DNA of 64,000 nt from Coleofasciculus chthonoplastes F2-STO-03 (GCA_040222015.1 JAVJWO010000069.1:1-64000); one strand, 5' to 3'. Shown: positions 49,846 to 62,757, counted from the stretch's first letter. The notes: generated by a model from the letters alone, not told the origin. Made by a program: numbers and translations.

Positions 49846-52107
49846 TTGCTCATGCAGCCTAGTGGTCTGCCGTTTCATTCCTTAGCTCTAGAACCAGCAA
49901 TTGATGCTCATTTTTTGACCGTCGCACCAGATACCCCCCTGGTGGATGTCTTGGCGCTAATGAGTCGATTTCGCAGTTGTCGATTACCCAGCCAAGCGTT
50001 AGGAACTGACATGAGTCACATCCCAGCGAATCTCCCACAAATTTCCTGCCTGTCTCAGGAAGAAGACGCCGTGTTTGGTGTGGCGAATACGGCGGCGGGT
50101 TGTGTATTGGTGATGGAGGAAGGGCGACTGGTGGGCGTATTCACCGAGCGCGATATCGTTAGGTTAGCTGCGGCTGGTCTTCCCTTAAGCCAGGTCAATA
50201 TTTCCGAAATCATGACCCGACCCGCGATTACGCTGCAACCGTCACCGTCTCACGATATCTTTACCGCATTGGGACTCTTACGCCAGCATCGGATTCGTCA
50301 CCTACCGATTGTCAATGAGCAAGGGCAACCTATGGGAATTGTCACCCATGAGAGTATTCGCAAAGCCCTGCAACCCGTTAACCTACTGACGCGATTGCGC
50401 TGTGTGCAAGATGTAATGACCACAGCGGTGATTCATGCACCCGTAACTACAGCGGTGCTACAGTTAGCCCAGCTCATGACAGAGCATCAAGTCAGTTGCG
50501 TGGTGATTACTCAAGTCAGAGATTCGGAAATTCAGCCTGGAGAACAAGACGCCCTCACGCCAGCCGGATGTTCTGCTCCTTTGACTAAAGCCTCTTGCTC
50601 ATGTCCAATCCTTTATTCTCAGTCCCTGATTCCCGTGGGTATTGTCACGGAACGCGATATTGTACAGTTTCAGGCACTAGAACTAGATTTATCCCGCCTG
50701 AAGGCTCAAGAGGTGATGAGTACACCCTTATTTTGTCTGAGTCCCTCGGATTCCTTGTGGCTCGCCCATGAACAAATGCAGCAGCATCGGGTGCGACGGT
50801 TGGTCGTTCGCGGCAATCAGGGAGAATTAGTGGGGATTGTTTCCCAAACCAGCCTGCTGCAAGTGCTTAACCCCGTGGAAATGTATGGGGTAATCGAACT
50901 ACTGCAACAGGCGGTGGAAGAACGAACCTCGGAATTAGCCCAGACGAATGAACGGCTACGCCATGAAATTGGGGAGCGTCAGCGAGCGGAGTTAGCCCTG
51001 CAAAAATCTCATGACCAATTGAAAATTCAAGTTGAACAACGCACAGCACAGCTTACTCAAGCCAATGTCCAGCTTCAACAGGATATTCTAGAACGCCAAC
51101 GGGTAGAAACAGCCCTGCGGCAAAGTGAAGCCCAGTTGAAAAAACAAACCCGCGAACTCACACGCATGATCCAGCAACTGCATTCTTATCAAAGTCAGTT
51201 GATTCAGAGCGAAAAAATGTCGTCTTTGGGACAACTGGTTGCGGGGGTGGCTCACGAAATTAATAATCCGATTAATTTTATTTACGGGAATATTGCTTAC
51301 GCTTCTCAGTATGTTCAGGACGTGATGGGTCTGCTGGAACTCTATGAGCAGTATTATCCCCAGCCTGTATCCGAAATTCAAGAAACGACCGAGGACATTG
51401 ACTTAGAGTTTGTCAAAACGGACTTGCCTAAACTGATTAACTCCATGAAACTGGGTGCCGATCGCATTCGCAATTTGGTGTTGTCTTTGCGGAATTTCTC
51501 CCGCTTGGATCAAGCGGAGATGAAATGGGTGGATCTCCATGAGGGGTTGGATAACACCCTATTGATCCTGCAAAATCAACTCAAAGCCACGTCACATTTG
51601 GTTCAAGTAGAGTTGATGAAGGAGTATGGGGATTTACCCTTAGTGGAATGTTATCCAGGGCAACTCAATCAGGTCTTTATGAATCTATTGAGTAATGCGA
51701 TTGATGCGCTGGAAGAGTTGAGACGGGTCAATGCTCAAGCTCAGTTATCTAATGGAGAATCCTCTAATCCTTATCCCACGATTGTGATTCAGACCGCGAT
51801 TAAAGAGGTGAAGCGTCCTAAATCCCAGGCAAAATCATTGTTGGTGAATCAATGGGTGGTGGTTCGCATTGCGGATAATGGATCGGGGATGAGTGAGGTC
51901 GTGCGTCAACGTCTATTTGATCCGTTTTTTACCACGAAACCAGTCGGGAAAGGTACGGGTTTAGGGTTATCGATTAGCTATCAGATTGTCGTGGAAAAAC
52001 ATGGGGGATATATTCAGTGTAATTCTGAACCGGGGCAAGGGAGTGAGTTTGTGATTGAAATTCCGCTGCGACAACATACTCAGGTCTCAATGATCTCTCC
52101 CCAGTAG
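49846..52107 (+). CDS. CBS-domain sensor histidine kinase
   Basis: GVFTERD CBS pairs, coiled coil, AHEINNP, IADNGSG, GTGLGL. Confidence 0.92.
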   Translation: MLMQPSGLPFHSLALEPAIDAHFLTVAPDTPLVDVLALMSRFRSCRLPSQALGTDMSHIPANLPQISCLSQEEDAVFGVANTAAGCVLVMEEGRLVGVFTERDIVRLAAAGLPLSQVNISEIMTRPAITLQPSPSHDIFTALGLLRQHRIRHLPIVNEQGQPMGIVTHESIRKALQPVNLLTRLRCVQDVMTTAVIHAPVTTAVLQLAQLMTEHQVSCVVITQVRDSEIQPGEQDALTPAGCSAPLTKASCSCPILYSQSLIPVGIVTERDIVQFQALELDLSRLKAQEVMSTPLFCLSPSDSLWLAHEQMQQHRVRRLVVRGNQGELVGIVSQTSLLQVLNPVEMYGVIELLQQAVEERTSELAQTNERLRHEIGERQRAELALQKSHDQLKIQVEQRTAQLTQANVQLQQDILERQRVETALRQSEAQLKKQTRELTRMIQQLHSYQSQLIQSEKMSSLGQLVAGVAHEINNPINFIYGNIAYASQYVQDVMGLLELYEQYYPQPVSEIQETTEDIDLEFVKTDLPKLINSMKLGADRIRNLVLSLRNFSRLDQAEMKWVDLHEGLDNTLLILQNQLKATSHLVQVELMKEYGDLPLVECYPGQLNQVFMNLLSNAIDALEELRRVNAQAQLSNGESSNPYPTIVIQTAIKEVKRPKSQAKSLLVNQWVVVRIADNGSGMSEVVRQRLFDPFFTTKPVGKGTGLGLSISYQIVVEKHGGYIQCNSEPGQGSEFVIEIPLRQHTQVSMISPQ

Positions 52108-52253
52108 TAGCGACGTGCCATGGCACGTCTGGAAGCGGAAGGTAGAGGCACTCTTTAGAGGAAGGTTGTACAATTGGAGGCAGCAACTTGGCACAAATGG
52201 TGAGTTGCGATCGCGCTTGTCAGCCCCTGCAAAAACTACCCGTTTCCAAGACC

Positions 52254-53456
52254 ATGAGTTTATCATTAAAGCAGCTAACCGTTTATCTGACCTTGCTAGG
52301 CTTAGGCGGTGGTGCAGGGGTTTTAGGTAGTCGCTACCTTATGGCTGAACCCCAAGGAGTCAATCCCCCAGAAGCAGTGCCGGCGGTATTGGAACCCTTA
52401 TCCCCAACTCGGCGCTCCAATCGTCCCGCTCCCGCCAATCTTAATTTTATTGCCCAAGCGGTAGAGAAAGTTGGACCGGCGGTGGTGAGGATTGATGCGG
52501 CACGTCAGATCAGCCAAGATGTTCCCGAACCGTTTAGAAATCCCTTCTTCCGCCGCTTTTTTGGCAATGAGATGCCAGTTCCTGAACCTCGCGTGGAACG
52601 GGGAACCGGATCGGGTTTTATTCTGGAGTCAGATGGGCGGATTATTACCAATGCTCATGTGATCGACGGGGCAGATACCGTCAAGGTTACACTGAAAGAT
52701 GGACGGACGTTAGAGGGTCGGGTATTAGGGGCAGACCCAGTAACCGATGTGGCGATCATTAAAATTGAGGCAGAAAATTTGCCCACCGTGCGCTTGGGTA
52801 AAGCCGATGAGTTGATTCCTGGGGAGTGGGCGATCGCGATCGGGAATCCTCTGGGTTTAGATAATACAGTAACCGTTGGCATCATTAGCGCTTTGGGGCG
52901 ATCGAGTTCTCAGGTTGGTGTTCCGGAAAAACGAGTTAGCTTTATCCAAACCGATGCGGCGATTAATCCGGGAAATTCCGGCGGACCCTTATTAAACGCC
53001 AATGGTGAAGTCATTGGGATTAATACGGCGATTCGCGCCAACGCTCAAGGATTAGGCTTTGCTATCCCCATTGAAACCGCTCAACGCATTGCTGAACAGC
53101 TTTTTGAAAAAGGTCGGGTTGACCATCCTTATCTGGGAATTCAGATGGTAACATTAACCCCAGAGTTACGCAAAGAAATTAATCAGGAGCGAGATGTGGG
53201 TTTAAAAGTGACTCAAGACCAAGGTGTCTTAATCGTCCGCGTCGTTCCTAATTCCCCAGCTCAACAAGCAGGTCTTGAACCGGGTGATATTATTCAAAAA
53301 GTTGGCGGAAAAGCGATTAAAACTGCCTCGGATGTACAAGAAGAAGTAGAAGCGAGTGCAGTTGGAGCGAATCTTGATATTGAAGTGAATCGTCAGGGGA
53401 AAACGAAAACGATTCTCGTGAAACCGGGAGCGTTTCCGGTCAATCAATTAGATTGA
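52254..53456 (+). CDS. HtrA/HhoA/HhoB serine protease
   Basis: TNAHV, IQTDAAINPGNSGGP, PDZ domain. Confidence 0.95.
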   Translation: MSLSLKQLTVYLTLLGLGGGAGVLGSRYLMAEPQGVNPPEAVPAVLEPLSPTRRSNRPAPANLNFIAQAVEKVGPAVVRIDAARQISQDVPEPFRNPFFRRFFGNEMPVPEPRVERGTGSGFILESDGRIITNAHVIDGADTVKVTLKDGRTLEGRVLGADPVTDVAIIKIEAENLPTVRLGKADELIPGEWAIAIGNPLGLDNTVTVGIISALGRSSSQVGVPEKRVSFIQTDAAINPGNSGGPLLNANGEVIGINTAIRANAQGLGFAIPIETAQRIAEQLFEKGRVDHPYLGIQMVTLTPELRKEINQERDVGLKVTQDQGVLIVRVVPNSPAQQAGLEPGDIIQKVGGKAIKTASDVQEEVEASAVGANLDIEVNRQGKTKTILVKPGAFPVNQLD

Positions 53457-54011
53457 CTCCGACAAGAGTTGCACCACAAACTCAGCCGCCGTCAGATAAC
53501 GTCGCCATTCTCCCCCATTCTTAACTGGTTGCACCCACCACCCTTGACAGCTATCCGGCTTTTCCCATAACGTTAGATGTTCCACTGGGGGGTCAGCATA
53601 AAAACGACTGTCACCACTTCCCAATAAGGCGGAACTCCAGTGGGTAAAAAAATCATGACTCAGCCGATGAATGGGAAACGTTCCATATAAGGGTACACCC
53701 CACCCATCCAACGCCACCAGCGCTTTCACCGTTCCCCCCATCATCTGCCATCCCCATGCTGCACCAATCGCACCGACTACTCCAGCGCTAAAACTGATAA
53801 AAGTAAGGGAGGTGTTCACGGGGATGATCTGACGCCGCAAATAGTTCAAAATATGAATCGCTGAATAAGCAGGATACTCGTGGCTGGGAAAAATTAACAT
53901 TTGCTGAACAGGCCCTACATTGCCAGAGTCACAGCGTTGTAACCCAGCTAAAAACTCTTGTGTCAACTGTGAATTGTGAATACCAGGACAAATGATAACT
54001 GCTTTCTGCAT
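53448..54011 (-). CDS. Hypothetical alpha/beta-hydrolase-like protein
   Basis: ICPGIH, SFSAG, DGWGVPL. Confidence 0.7.
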   Translation of the reverse strand: MQKAVIICPGIHNSQLTQEFLAGLQRCDSGNVGPVQQMLIFPSHEYPAYSAIHILNYLRRQIIPVNTSLTFISFSAGVVGAIGAAWGWQMMGGTVKALVALDGWGVPLYGTFPIHRLSHDFFTHWSSALLGSGDSRFYADPPVEHLTLWEKPDSCQGWWVQPVKNGGEWRRYLTAAEFVVQLLSESI

Positions 54012-54498
54012 GATAGTGACGTAGTTTTATTTCTGCCTTCTTGCACTAGACCTAGGCGGCAGAAGTTTTCCACCAGTTGGTATGTGGGTATATCAGCACT
54101 CGGAGCACCGTTTTTAGCTGCTCAAGTATTTCTGCCGCGCTGCACTAGCGTAAAATATTATGATTGGAAATCAAGGTGCTAAATCACGTCTTTTTAGCAT
54201 ACAGCTTTAATGCTGAACCACCGTCCTCCACAAATCCTCCTCATACAAGGTGGCTGCAAATACTAATCTATTAGGATTTCCGTTGGTTTCTGATCCCCAT
54301 GGGTTTCTGCTTAACGATTAGAGGCGATCCATCAATTATTTTGTTTAGATAGTAAAATAGAAGATAATAATAAAAACCTCTAATCTTAGAGCTTTAACAT
54401 AACTTTACATTAGTGTATTATTTCTGTGAAGACAAGCCATAGAGCTTGAAATCAACCAGACGACTGTGCAACTATTTTCCTTGAAGGAGGAAAAAACA

Positions 54499-55545
54499 AT
54501 GGGGCTTCTACCAATCAAGACGACAATGACCACTATTGCAACAACAGCTCTTCTGAGCTTCGGGGGACTGCCAGCGATGGCATTTACAATTATGCCCGGT
54601 GGCAATGCTCAAGATTTACTTGATGTGTTGTTAGGGGATACGACTGGACTGAGTAATTTCGGTTTGACGGTTTACGATGATCTGGGAAACGTCAACAATG
54701 AAGCCTTTGGTCTTTTCAGCGACGATCCCTTTGGTCTGGGTGAGGGCATCGTTTTAAGTACTGGTAAAGTTGACCAACTACCCGGACTCAATACGAAAGA
54801 TGGAGGGATAGTTCCTAACTTTAAAGATCCTCAGGCGGACTTAAGCACGGATTTTTATCCCCAAGGACCTTTTAATGAGACAGGCTTTGCCGGATTTGAA
54901 GGAGACTCCATTACACTCGAATTGAGCTTTGATGCTGATAGCACAGTAGATAAGGTATTTTTTGAATACGTCTTTGGCTCGGAAGAATTTGTCGAATTTG
55001 GGGGGACGGAGTACAACGACTCGTTTAAGATGTTTCTGAATGGAGAGTCATTGGCGCGGTTAAGCGATGGTCAACCTGTTACGATCAACAATTTAGTTCC
55101 TGATCCCAACGACCCGACCTCATATCATCCTGACTTTATGTATAATCCTGTAGGGTCTGGTGTGAATACGAAGCTGGATGGGTATACCAAAAATTTGACC
55201 TTTGAGGGTCAGCTGATTAAAAATGACAGAAATACGATAAGGGTTAATGTTGCTGATTGGGGTGATGGTATATTAGACGCTGCTGTACTAATCAAGGGCA
55301 AGTCTCTCGGAACAAAACCACCACAACTAAATCCTCAACCTGAACCGAATGACGATCCCTCTGATGAACCCCAATTCCCCTCAGACGGCCCGGGAACTGA
55401 TCCGGGAACTTTATTTCCCCCAGATGACCCAGAACCCCAGAGTGTGCCAGAACCATCCGGATTACTCGGATTGCTGGGAGTGGCAACCTTAGGGGTTCGG
55501 ACAATGCTTAGACGCAAACAACAAGTTCACTTACAAAAACACTGA
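54499..55545 (+). CDS. PEP-CTERM surface protein (choice-of-anchor L-like domain)
   Basis: AAGGAGG RBS, signal peptide, GIVLSTG, YVFGSEEF..YND, VPEP-TM-RRK. Confidence 0.85.
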   Translation: MGLLPIKTTMTTIATTALLSFGGLPAMAFTIMPGGNAQDLLDVLLGDTTGLSNFGLTVYDDLGNVNNEAFGLFSDDPFGLGEGIVLSTGKVDQLPGLNTKDGGIVPNFKDPQADLSTDFYPQGPFNETGFAGFEGDSITLELSFDADSTVDKVFFEYVFGSEEFVEFGGTEYNDSFKMFLNGESLARLSDGQPVTINNLVPDPNDPTSYHPDFMYNPVGSGVNTKLDGYTKNLTFEGQLIKNDRNTIRVNVADWGDGILDAAVLIKGKSLGTKPPQLNPQPEPNDDPSDEPQFPSDGPGTDPGTLFPPDDPEPQSVPEPSGLLGLLGVATLGVRTMLRRKQQVHLQKH

Positions 55546-55668
55546 ATGTGATTAGCTAATTCCTCACGGGCTACTAGGTTTGCGATACCCATAAGTGGTA
55601 ATCTAGAGAGCGGTATTGTTAAGCTCTTAAGCTGTGACAACTCCACACACTGACTCGATGGAGTATAG

Positions 55669-57210
<1,542 letters not shown>

Positions 57211-57325
57211 TCCCTTACGAGTTTTGAGTCATTAGTCATGAGGCTGTTCTAAGCTGATGACTAATGACCCATGAGGTAGCTTGATTAGCGCTTCTTTGAG
57301 TATGACAAAAGACTAATAACACATT

Positions 57326-57736
57326 ATGAGCTTAACTGTTCGAGTTGTTTCTCCCGACAAAATTGTCTGGGATTCTGAGGCTGAAGAAGTAATTTTGCCC
57401 AGCACGACGGGTCAACTGGGTATATTGAAAGGTCACGCCCCCCTGTTGTCAGCACTGGATATTGGTGTGATGCGAGTTCGTCCGGGTAAAGACTGGATAC
57501 CCATTGCCCTGATGGGCGGATTTGCCGAAGTTGAAAATGATGAAGTAACCATTCTGGTTAATGGGGCAGAACAGGGAGAGACGATTGATAAGGAAGCCGC
57601 ACGAGAAGCTTTCTCTCAAGCCCAAGAACGTCTCAACCAAGTCCAAACCAGTGAGAATCGGCAAGAAAAAATTCAAGCCACGCAAGCTTTAAAGAGAGCA
57701 AGGGCACGCTTTCAAGCGGCGGGTGGTATGGTTTGA
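57326..57736 (+). CDS. atpC: F1 ATP synthase epsilon subunit
   Basis: [23 protein letters not shown]. Confidence 0.96.
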   Translation: MSLTVRVVSPDKIVWDSEAEEVILPSTTGQLGILKGHAPLLSALDIGVMRVRPGKDWIPIALMGGFAEVENDEVTILVNGAEQGETIDKEAAREAFSQAQERLNQVQTSENRQEKIQATQALKRARARFQAAGGMV

Positions 57737-57741
57737 TGTTA

Positions 57742-57870
57742 TGTAGAGACGTAGCATGCTGCGTCTCTACTAGTCGGGTAATCGAAATCGATGCCGGAAT
57801 TTCTCAAAAACTGTAACACAAACGACAAAATTATCCCGGTTGTAGAGACGTTCCGCCGGAACGTCTCTAC
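57742..57870. repeat. Two GTAGAGACG...CGTCTCTAC REP palindromes
   Basis: At 57742-57770 and 57842-57870, between convergent genes. Confidence 0.8.
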
Positions 57871-57892
57871 GAACTATGACTGAACCGACACT

Positions 57893-58192
57893 CTAGGCGC
57901 TACCTGTAAAGGTGACTTCTGGAAATTTTGTCTGAGCTTCATTCATGGGACGATTTTTCCCTTCTTCTTGCCAGTAGTTAATCACTTCAGTGGCTTGGTT
58001 GAGCAACTCAACGCGATCCATTTCGTTAATCCAATGTTTGGCTTCCAGCTCGTTTTTGATTTGTTCCCAAGCATCGTTTCGGGGCCAGAAAAAGTAGGAT
58101 GTCAGCGGGCTAGTTCCTTTACCCACGACTTGATCGACGGCGAGTGCCACATTCTCTTCTAACCAGAGAACTTTTAAGATAAATTTAGACAA
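57893..58192 (-). CDS. ycf65: 30S ribosomal protein PSRP-3 (Ycf65)
   Basis: [27 protein letters not shown] start after GGAGG. Confidence 0.92.
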   Translation of the reverse strand: MSKFILKVLWLEENVALAVDQVVGKGTSPLTSYFFWPRNDAWEQIKNELEAKHWINEMDRVELLNQATEVINYWQEEGKNRPMNEAQTKFPEVTFTGSA

Positions 58193-58324
58193 ACAGACCT
58201 CCAACAATAGATCGGGTATCTTATACTTAATGTACAATCAATCATTCTACAGGATAGCGTTGGTGAAAGCCCTCGTGATTTATCCGGGGGATAAAACTGC
58301 ACGGCTTAAGCAACTGAGTTAGTC

Positions 58325-59155
58325 GTGGGAGTATTTACATTGACAAATTTAAAATCAAGAACAAAATCAGGGTCTAGACTAGCGATTGTCGTTTTCGATA
58401 TTGATGGTGTCATCCGGGATGTGAGTGGATCTTACCGGAGAGCGATCGCGGATACAGTCGAGCATTTTACCGCTGGCGTGTATCGCCCGTCTTCTGTTGA
58501 GATTGACCACCTCAAATCCGAAGGCTTATGGAACAACGATTGGCAAGCCTCACGAGAGCTCATCTATCGCCACTTTGAGCAGCAAGGTCAGGCGCGATCG
58601 CAGGTTGCCCTAGATTATGATAACCTAATTACCTTTTTTAATGCTCGCTACCGAGGCGCTGATCCAAATCATTGGACAGGATACATCTGTGATGAACCAT
58701 TACTCCTCAACCCCAACTATCTCGAATATCTCACCTCAGCCGATATTTTATGGGGCTTTTTTAGTGGGGCGACGCGAAATGAAGCACTTTATGCTCTTTC
58801 AACACGTCTCGGTTTGCCAGCCCCCGTACTCGTGGCGATGGAAGATGCCCCCGGTAAACCTGATCCAACAGGATTATTGGCAGTAATTAACCAGCTTCAG
58901 CAACAGCACCAAATTGAGCAACCATTGCCTACTATCTATGTGGGAGATACTGTGGCAGATATGTACACAGTTAAAGCAGCCAAAACCCTTCATCCAGACA
59001 GAACCTGGGTTGGTGTTGGTGTTCTCCCGCCCCATGTTCAGGAAACAGCAGAACGCCGTGAGGCTTATCAACAAACCTTAAAAAAAGCAGGGGCGGCTCA
59101 AGTTTTTAGCAATGTTGAGCAGATCACCCCAGAACAAATTCAGAAATTAGTGTAA
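58325..59155 (+). CDS. HAD-superfamily hydrolase (TIGR01548-like)
   Basis: FDIDGV, NNDW, KPDP, YVGDTVAD. Confidence 0.88.
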   Translation: MGVFTLTNLKSRTKSGSRLAIVVFDIDGVIRDVSGSYRRAIADTVEHFTAGVYRPSSVEIDHLKSEGLWNNDWQASRELIYRHFEQQGQARSQVALDYDNLITFFNARYRGADPNHWTGYICDEPLLLNPNYLEYLTSADILWGFFSGATRNEALYALSTRLGLPAPVLVAMEDAPGKPDPTGLLAVINQLQQQHQIEQPLPTIYVGDTVADMYTVKAAKTLHPDRTWVGVGVLPPHVQETAERREAYQQTLKKAGAAQVFSNVEQITPEQIQKLV

Positions 59156-59158
59156 GCT

Positions 59159-59261
59159 AAGCTGTTCGGCATTTAAACCTGAATGTCAATAATGACGAAA
59201 TCACGTTCAATGTGAGCCATAAAGCTCGCTACTAATACCCAATTTAAATGCATGACAGCTT
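59159..59261. mobile_element. MITE with AAGCTGT..GCATTTAAA / TTTAAATGCATGACAGCTT ends
   Basis: Imperfect 19-bp TIRs, starting at the stop of the HAD gene. Confidence 0.7.
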
Positions 59262-59430
59262 TCAACTAGAGTTCAAGTTGCTTGTCATCCCATCAGGAGA
59301 TTTTTCCCACACCCTCCACCCTCGACCCAATCTCCTGACACCAAGGAAAACCGTAAGCTATATTAGTATTGCTATATTAGTATTAGCAATTTAGACGCCA
59401 AAAATAGCATGGTGTATCCACATAAAAGCA

Positions 59431-59586
59431 ATGAATTTAGACTATGATACTGCTGTGATCATGCTAGCCATAACGTTTCCTTTAGTGATGACTTGGTTGC
59501 TAGTTAGTGGTGAATTAGAACTTTGGGCTTATTTAGGTATATATGGTATCTGTTTGTGGGGACTAGGAGCTTTAAAAAAAGAATAG
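59431..59586 (+). CDS. 51-aa two-helix membrane peptide
   Basis: MNLDYDTAVIMLAITFPLVMTWLLVSGELELWAYLGIYGICLWGLGALKKE. Confidence 0.4.
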   Translation: MNLDYDTAVIMLAITFPLVMTWLLVSGELELWAYLGIYGICLWGLGALKKE

Positions 59587-59896
59587 TGATAACGGGGTCA
59601 TTTTTCAGCGTTAGTCTGACAAAAAAGGAGTGATAAGTAGTCGGACAAAAGAAAACCGCACTGTATTAAGTTTTGCAGATAGCTCTCAAAACCTTTCTCA
59701 GTCTACTTTCGCCTCAGCCTTACCTATCAAATCAAAAGCATGACAGCTTGCTGTAGGGCGTAAATTCATCATCCATTTAAAAACGCTGAAATCCTCATAA
59801 AAAGGGACGTTTACCCCCCGAAACCGTACCAGACTCAATTAGAGCAGAGTAAAATATTAACTAGAGTTAATTGTTCCAAAAGGGCTAAACAAAACT

Positions 59897-61090
59897 ATGG
59901 ACTTTCGCCTCAAGACACTCTTACCTGACTACGAAAAAGCCTTCCTGACCTGTAACTTACAAAAAGAAAAAGAATCCGAAGTTCAGCAAATTGTTGAGCG
60001 AATGAAGGATCTGCGACAACACTATGAAACCGTTGAACAAGCGACAGGCATTCCGTGGTGGTTTGCAGCGGTTCTTCACTACAGTGAGTGGAACCTCCGC
60101 GAACCTGACTTATTTGTGAAAAAAGTGACAGAAATTTTATTGGCTAAGGAGTTCCACAAAGCCCGAACTCGCAGTCTCGGTGCCTATCTGTGGGGGTTTG
60201 ACTTGTGGAATGGATTCAGACATGGAGTTGGAGATCAATCGGAGTGGGTTTGGGGTGGTACCACTGTTCTGAAGCATCCATCTAACAGCATTGGCGCAGC
60301 GGCGATTGTTTACTATCTCCAGTCCCAGAAAATCATTGATATCCCTAAACCGGGAACAGGCATTAAAATCAAGGTCTTATCTGATACAGTATTTAAAGCG
60401 CGACCGGATCAATCATTTCGGCTGAAGCCGGAAGAGAAAATCACGGTAAAAGGGGGTACTCGCCTGGAAATTATCGAGGATGAACCCTCTGAGGGAGGAC
60501 ACGTCAAAGTCCTGTTACCGGATGGGGTTTTGTTAGGGCAAAATAATCAGAGTGATTGGTACGTTTTCAAAGAACATATTGAAATTCAGGGAACGGAATC
60601 GAATAATCGCCCCAGCGATAAAGCAGAAGAACCCGAAACTAAAATTGCTTCACCCAATAAAGGACGTCCCATCACCGTACCCAAATTAGGAACAGTCTAT
60701 CTGGGAAATCCCATTCTCGAAGGTGGACATTTTAGTTGGGCGGAAGCGACAATGAATGGTTCAAGGATTCCCGTTAATAATGAGGTGGTTGAGGGGATTT
60801 TGAGAGTGGCTCATGTGATGGAAGAAGTGAGAGAATATTTAGACGCTCGTCCGATTACCATAAATTCTTGGTATCGTGACCCAGTAACTAATCGTAAAGT
60901 CGGAGGGGCAACAAAATCCAGGCATTTAGTTGGTGATGCTGTGGATTTTGTGGTTCAAGGAATCTCCCCACCCCAAGTTAATCAGCGCCTAGAATCCTGG
61001 TGGGGAAGTCGGGGTGGATTAGCCAGTGCTAGCTGTTTTACCCATATTGATGTGAGAGGGTATCGCGCTCGGTGGAGCTACGGATTTTGA
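59897..61090 (+). CDS. Peptidoglycan hydrolase: lysozyme-like N-domain plus peptidase M15
   Basis: YETVEQATGIPWWF; INSWYR, SRH..GDAVD, FTHID. Confidence 0.8.
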   Translation: MDFRLKTLLPDYEKAFLTCNLQKEKESEVQQIVERMKDLRQHYETVEQATGIPWWFAAVLHYSEWNLREPDLFVKKVTEILLAKEFHKARTRSLGAYLWGFDLWNGFRHGVGDQSEWVWGGTTVLKHPSNSIGAAAIVYYLQSQKIIDIPKPGTGIKIKVLSDTVFKARPDQSFRLKPEEKITVKGGTRLEIIEDEPSEGGHVKVLLPDGVLLGQNNQSDWYVFKEHIEIQGTESNNRPSDKAEEPETKIASPNKGRPITVPKLGTVYLGNPILEGGHFSWAEATMNGSRIPVNNEVVEGILRVAHVMEEVREYLDARPITINSWYRDPVTNRKVGGATKSRHLVGDAVDFVVQGISPPQVNQRLESWWGSRGGLASASCFTHIDVRGYRARWSYGF

Positions 61091-61139
61091 GCTAATGCGT
61101 GTCTTGGTAGGTTTTTGAGCCTCTTCAACAATTTCATAG

Positions 61140-61727
61140 CTACACCCTACACCCTGACTCCAGAATCTGACGGATTTGTGCCGTTTGCTGGCTATAGTTG
61201 GCATCATTAACAACGGGTACAGCACCTTCTAGAGAAATGGGTTCAGCTACATTAATCCAAGAACGACAGCCGCCGTATTCAGAACGATAGGGTAGACGTT
61301 GAACCGAGGGGAGCTTGTAGATTCGTAGTAGGAGGACATATAACGATTGACGTGGCTTCCATTTAAAACGCCCACTGGCAAATTGTTCGTTCCAGATGTG
61401 GTAGGGTAGCAGGGCGTCTACTGCGGCTTGAGTGCTGATTTGAAAGATATCAGTAATGGTTGCCCAACTGCCAATCTGTACCGTTTGTGGATGCCAACCT
61501 GAGGCAACAGGTGTTACCTGAGAGGCATAATCGGGTTTGAGTAAATGAGGCTGTTGATGTTCGTAGGTAGGATAAAGTAAAACCGGATTGTAAGTGACGT
61601 GGAAGCGATTGTTTTCTTCCCGAATGCCGCCTTTACGCAGTAGCATAATCGTCTTACCCTGTTCTAAGGTATCAACGGCAACCGCCCATTCTTTGAGTGC
61701 GTTTGTGGTTGTCAATGGCATTGTCAA
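61140..61727 (-). CDS. DUF1802 family protein
   Basis: ALKEWAVAV, LLRKGGIRE, YGGCRSW. Confidence 0.85.
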   Translation of the reverse strand: MTMPLTTTNALKEWAVAVDTLEQGKTIMLLRKGGIREENNRFHVTYNPVLLYPTYEHQQPHLLKPDYASQVTPVASGWHPQTVQIGSWATITDIFQISTQAAVDALLPYHIWNEQFASGRFKWKPRQSLYVLLLRIYKLPSVQRLPYRSEYGGCRSWINVAEPISLEGAVPVVNDANYSQQTAQIRQILESGCRV

Positions 61728-61782
61728 GGATTAAAACTAATTTTTTAAATAGATTGTCTTATCTTGATTCATAATTTAGATC

Positions 61783-62676
61783 ATGTCCAGCCAGATTGTT
61801 CGTAAAGCCGTAATTCCCGCCGCCGGATTTGGTACTCGCCTGTTTCCAGCCACAAAGGTGGTGAAAAAAGAACTATTTCCAATTATCGATCGCGATGGGC
61901 GGACGAAGCCAGTGATTTTGGCGATTGTGGAGGAAGCAAGGCGTGGCGGTATCGAAGAAATTGGGATTGTGGTGCAACCGAGCGATCGCGCAATTTTTGA
62001 GGCGTTCTTTAAAACTCCCCCGAAACAGGCACTCTGGGACAAACTCTCTGGTTCAAATCAGGACTATTGTCAGTATCTGCAAGAGTTAGGAGAGCGGATT
62101 ACTATTTTAACCCAGGATGAGCAAGAAGGCTATGGTCATGCGGTGTTCTGTGCCAAAGATTGGGTGAATCAAGAGCCTTTTTTGCTGTTACTTGGCGATC
62201 ATGTTTATACTTCAGATACCGAAATTCCTTGTACTCGTCAGGTGCTAGAAATTTATGAAAAAACGGGTCAAAGTGTGATTGGTTTGACAGAAATGTCTGC
62301 CGATATTATCCATAAAGCCGGTTGTGTGACTGGGGTTTGGCAGGAGATGAATTCTATTTTAACGGTGACACAAGTCTGTGAAAAACCGGATCTGGACTAT
62401 GCGCGATCGCACTTACGTGTGGAGGGGATGGCGGAGGATAAGTTTTTAGGGATTTTTGGCATATATGTCCTCAAGCCGAAAATCTTTGATATTCTGGCTG
62501 ACAGTATTAATCAGAATCAACGATATAAGGGTGAATTTCAGTTAACCACAAGTCTTGATACATTACGTCAAGAAGAGGGATTGTTCGGATATTGGGTCAA
62601 AGGGCAGTATTTTGATACCGGAATGCCAGAGTTTTATCGACAAACCCTGATCCATTTTGCTCAAGATTATCGCTGA
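61783..62676 (+). CDS. UTP-glucose-1-phosphate uridylyltransferase-like nucleotidyltransferase
   Basis: KAVIPAAGFGTRLFPATK, GYGHAV, EKP. Confidence 0.88.
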   Translation: MSSQIVRKAVIPAAGFGTRLFPATKVVKKELFPIIDRDGRTKPVILAIVEEARRGGIEEIGIVVQPSDRAIFEAFFKTPPKQALWDKLSGSNQDYCQYLQELGERITILTQDEQEGYGHAVFCAKDWVNQEPFLLLLGDHVYTSDTEIPCTRQVLEIYEKTGQSVIGLTEMSADIIHKAGCVTGVWQEMNSILTVTQVCEKPDLDYARSHLRVEGMAEDKFLGIFGIYVLKPKIFDILADSINQNQRYKGEFQLTTSLDTLRQEEGLFGYWVKGQYFDTGMPEFYRQTLIHFAQDYR

Positions 62677-62757
62677 TACATTTCATGGTTCGTAGTCAGG
62701 GCTTTAGCCCTTCATTCGGTTAGCTTTCCTTGTTTGAGCCTTTAATTTTAATCCCTG

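Noticed and set aside
58263..58300. GAAAGCCCTCG..TTTATCCGGGGG as an IS605 end
   Set aside because: Too short and degenerate, with no partner end.
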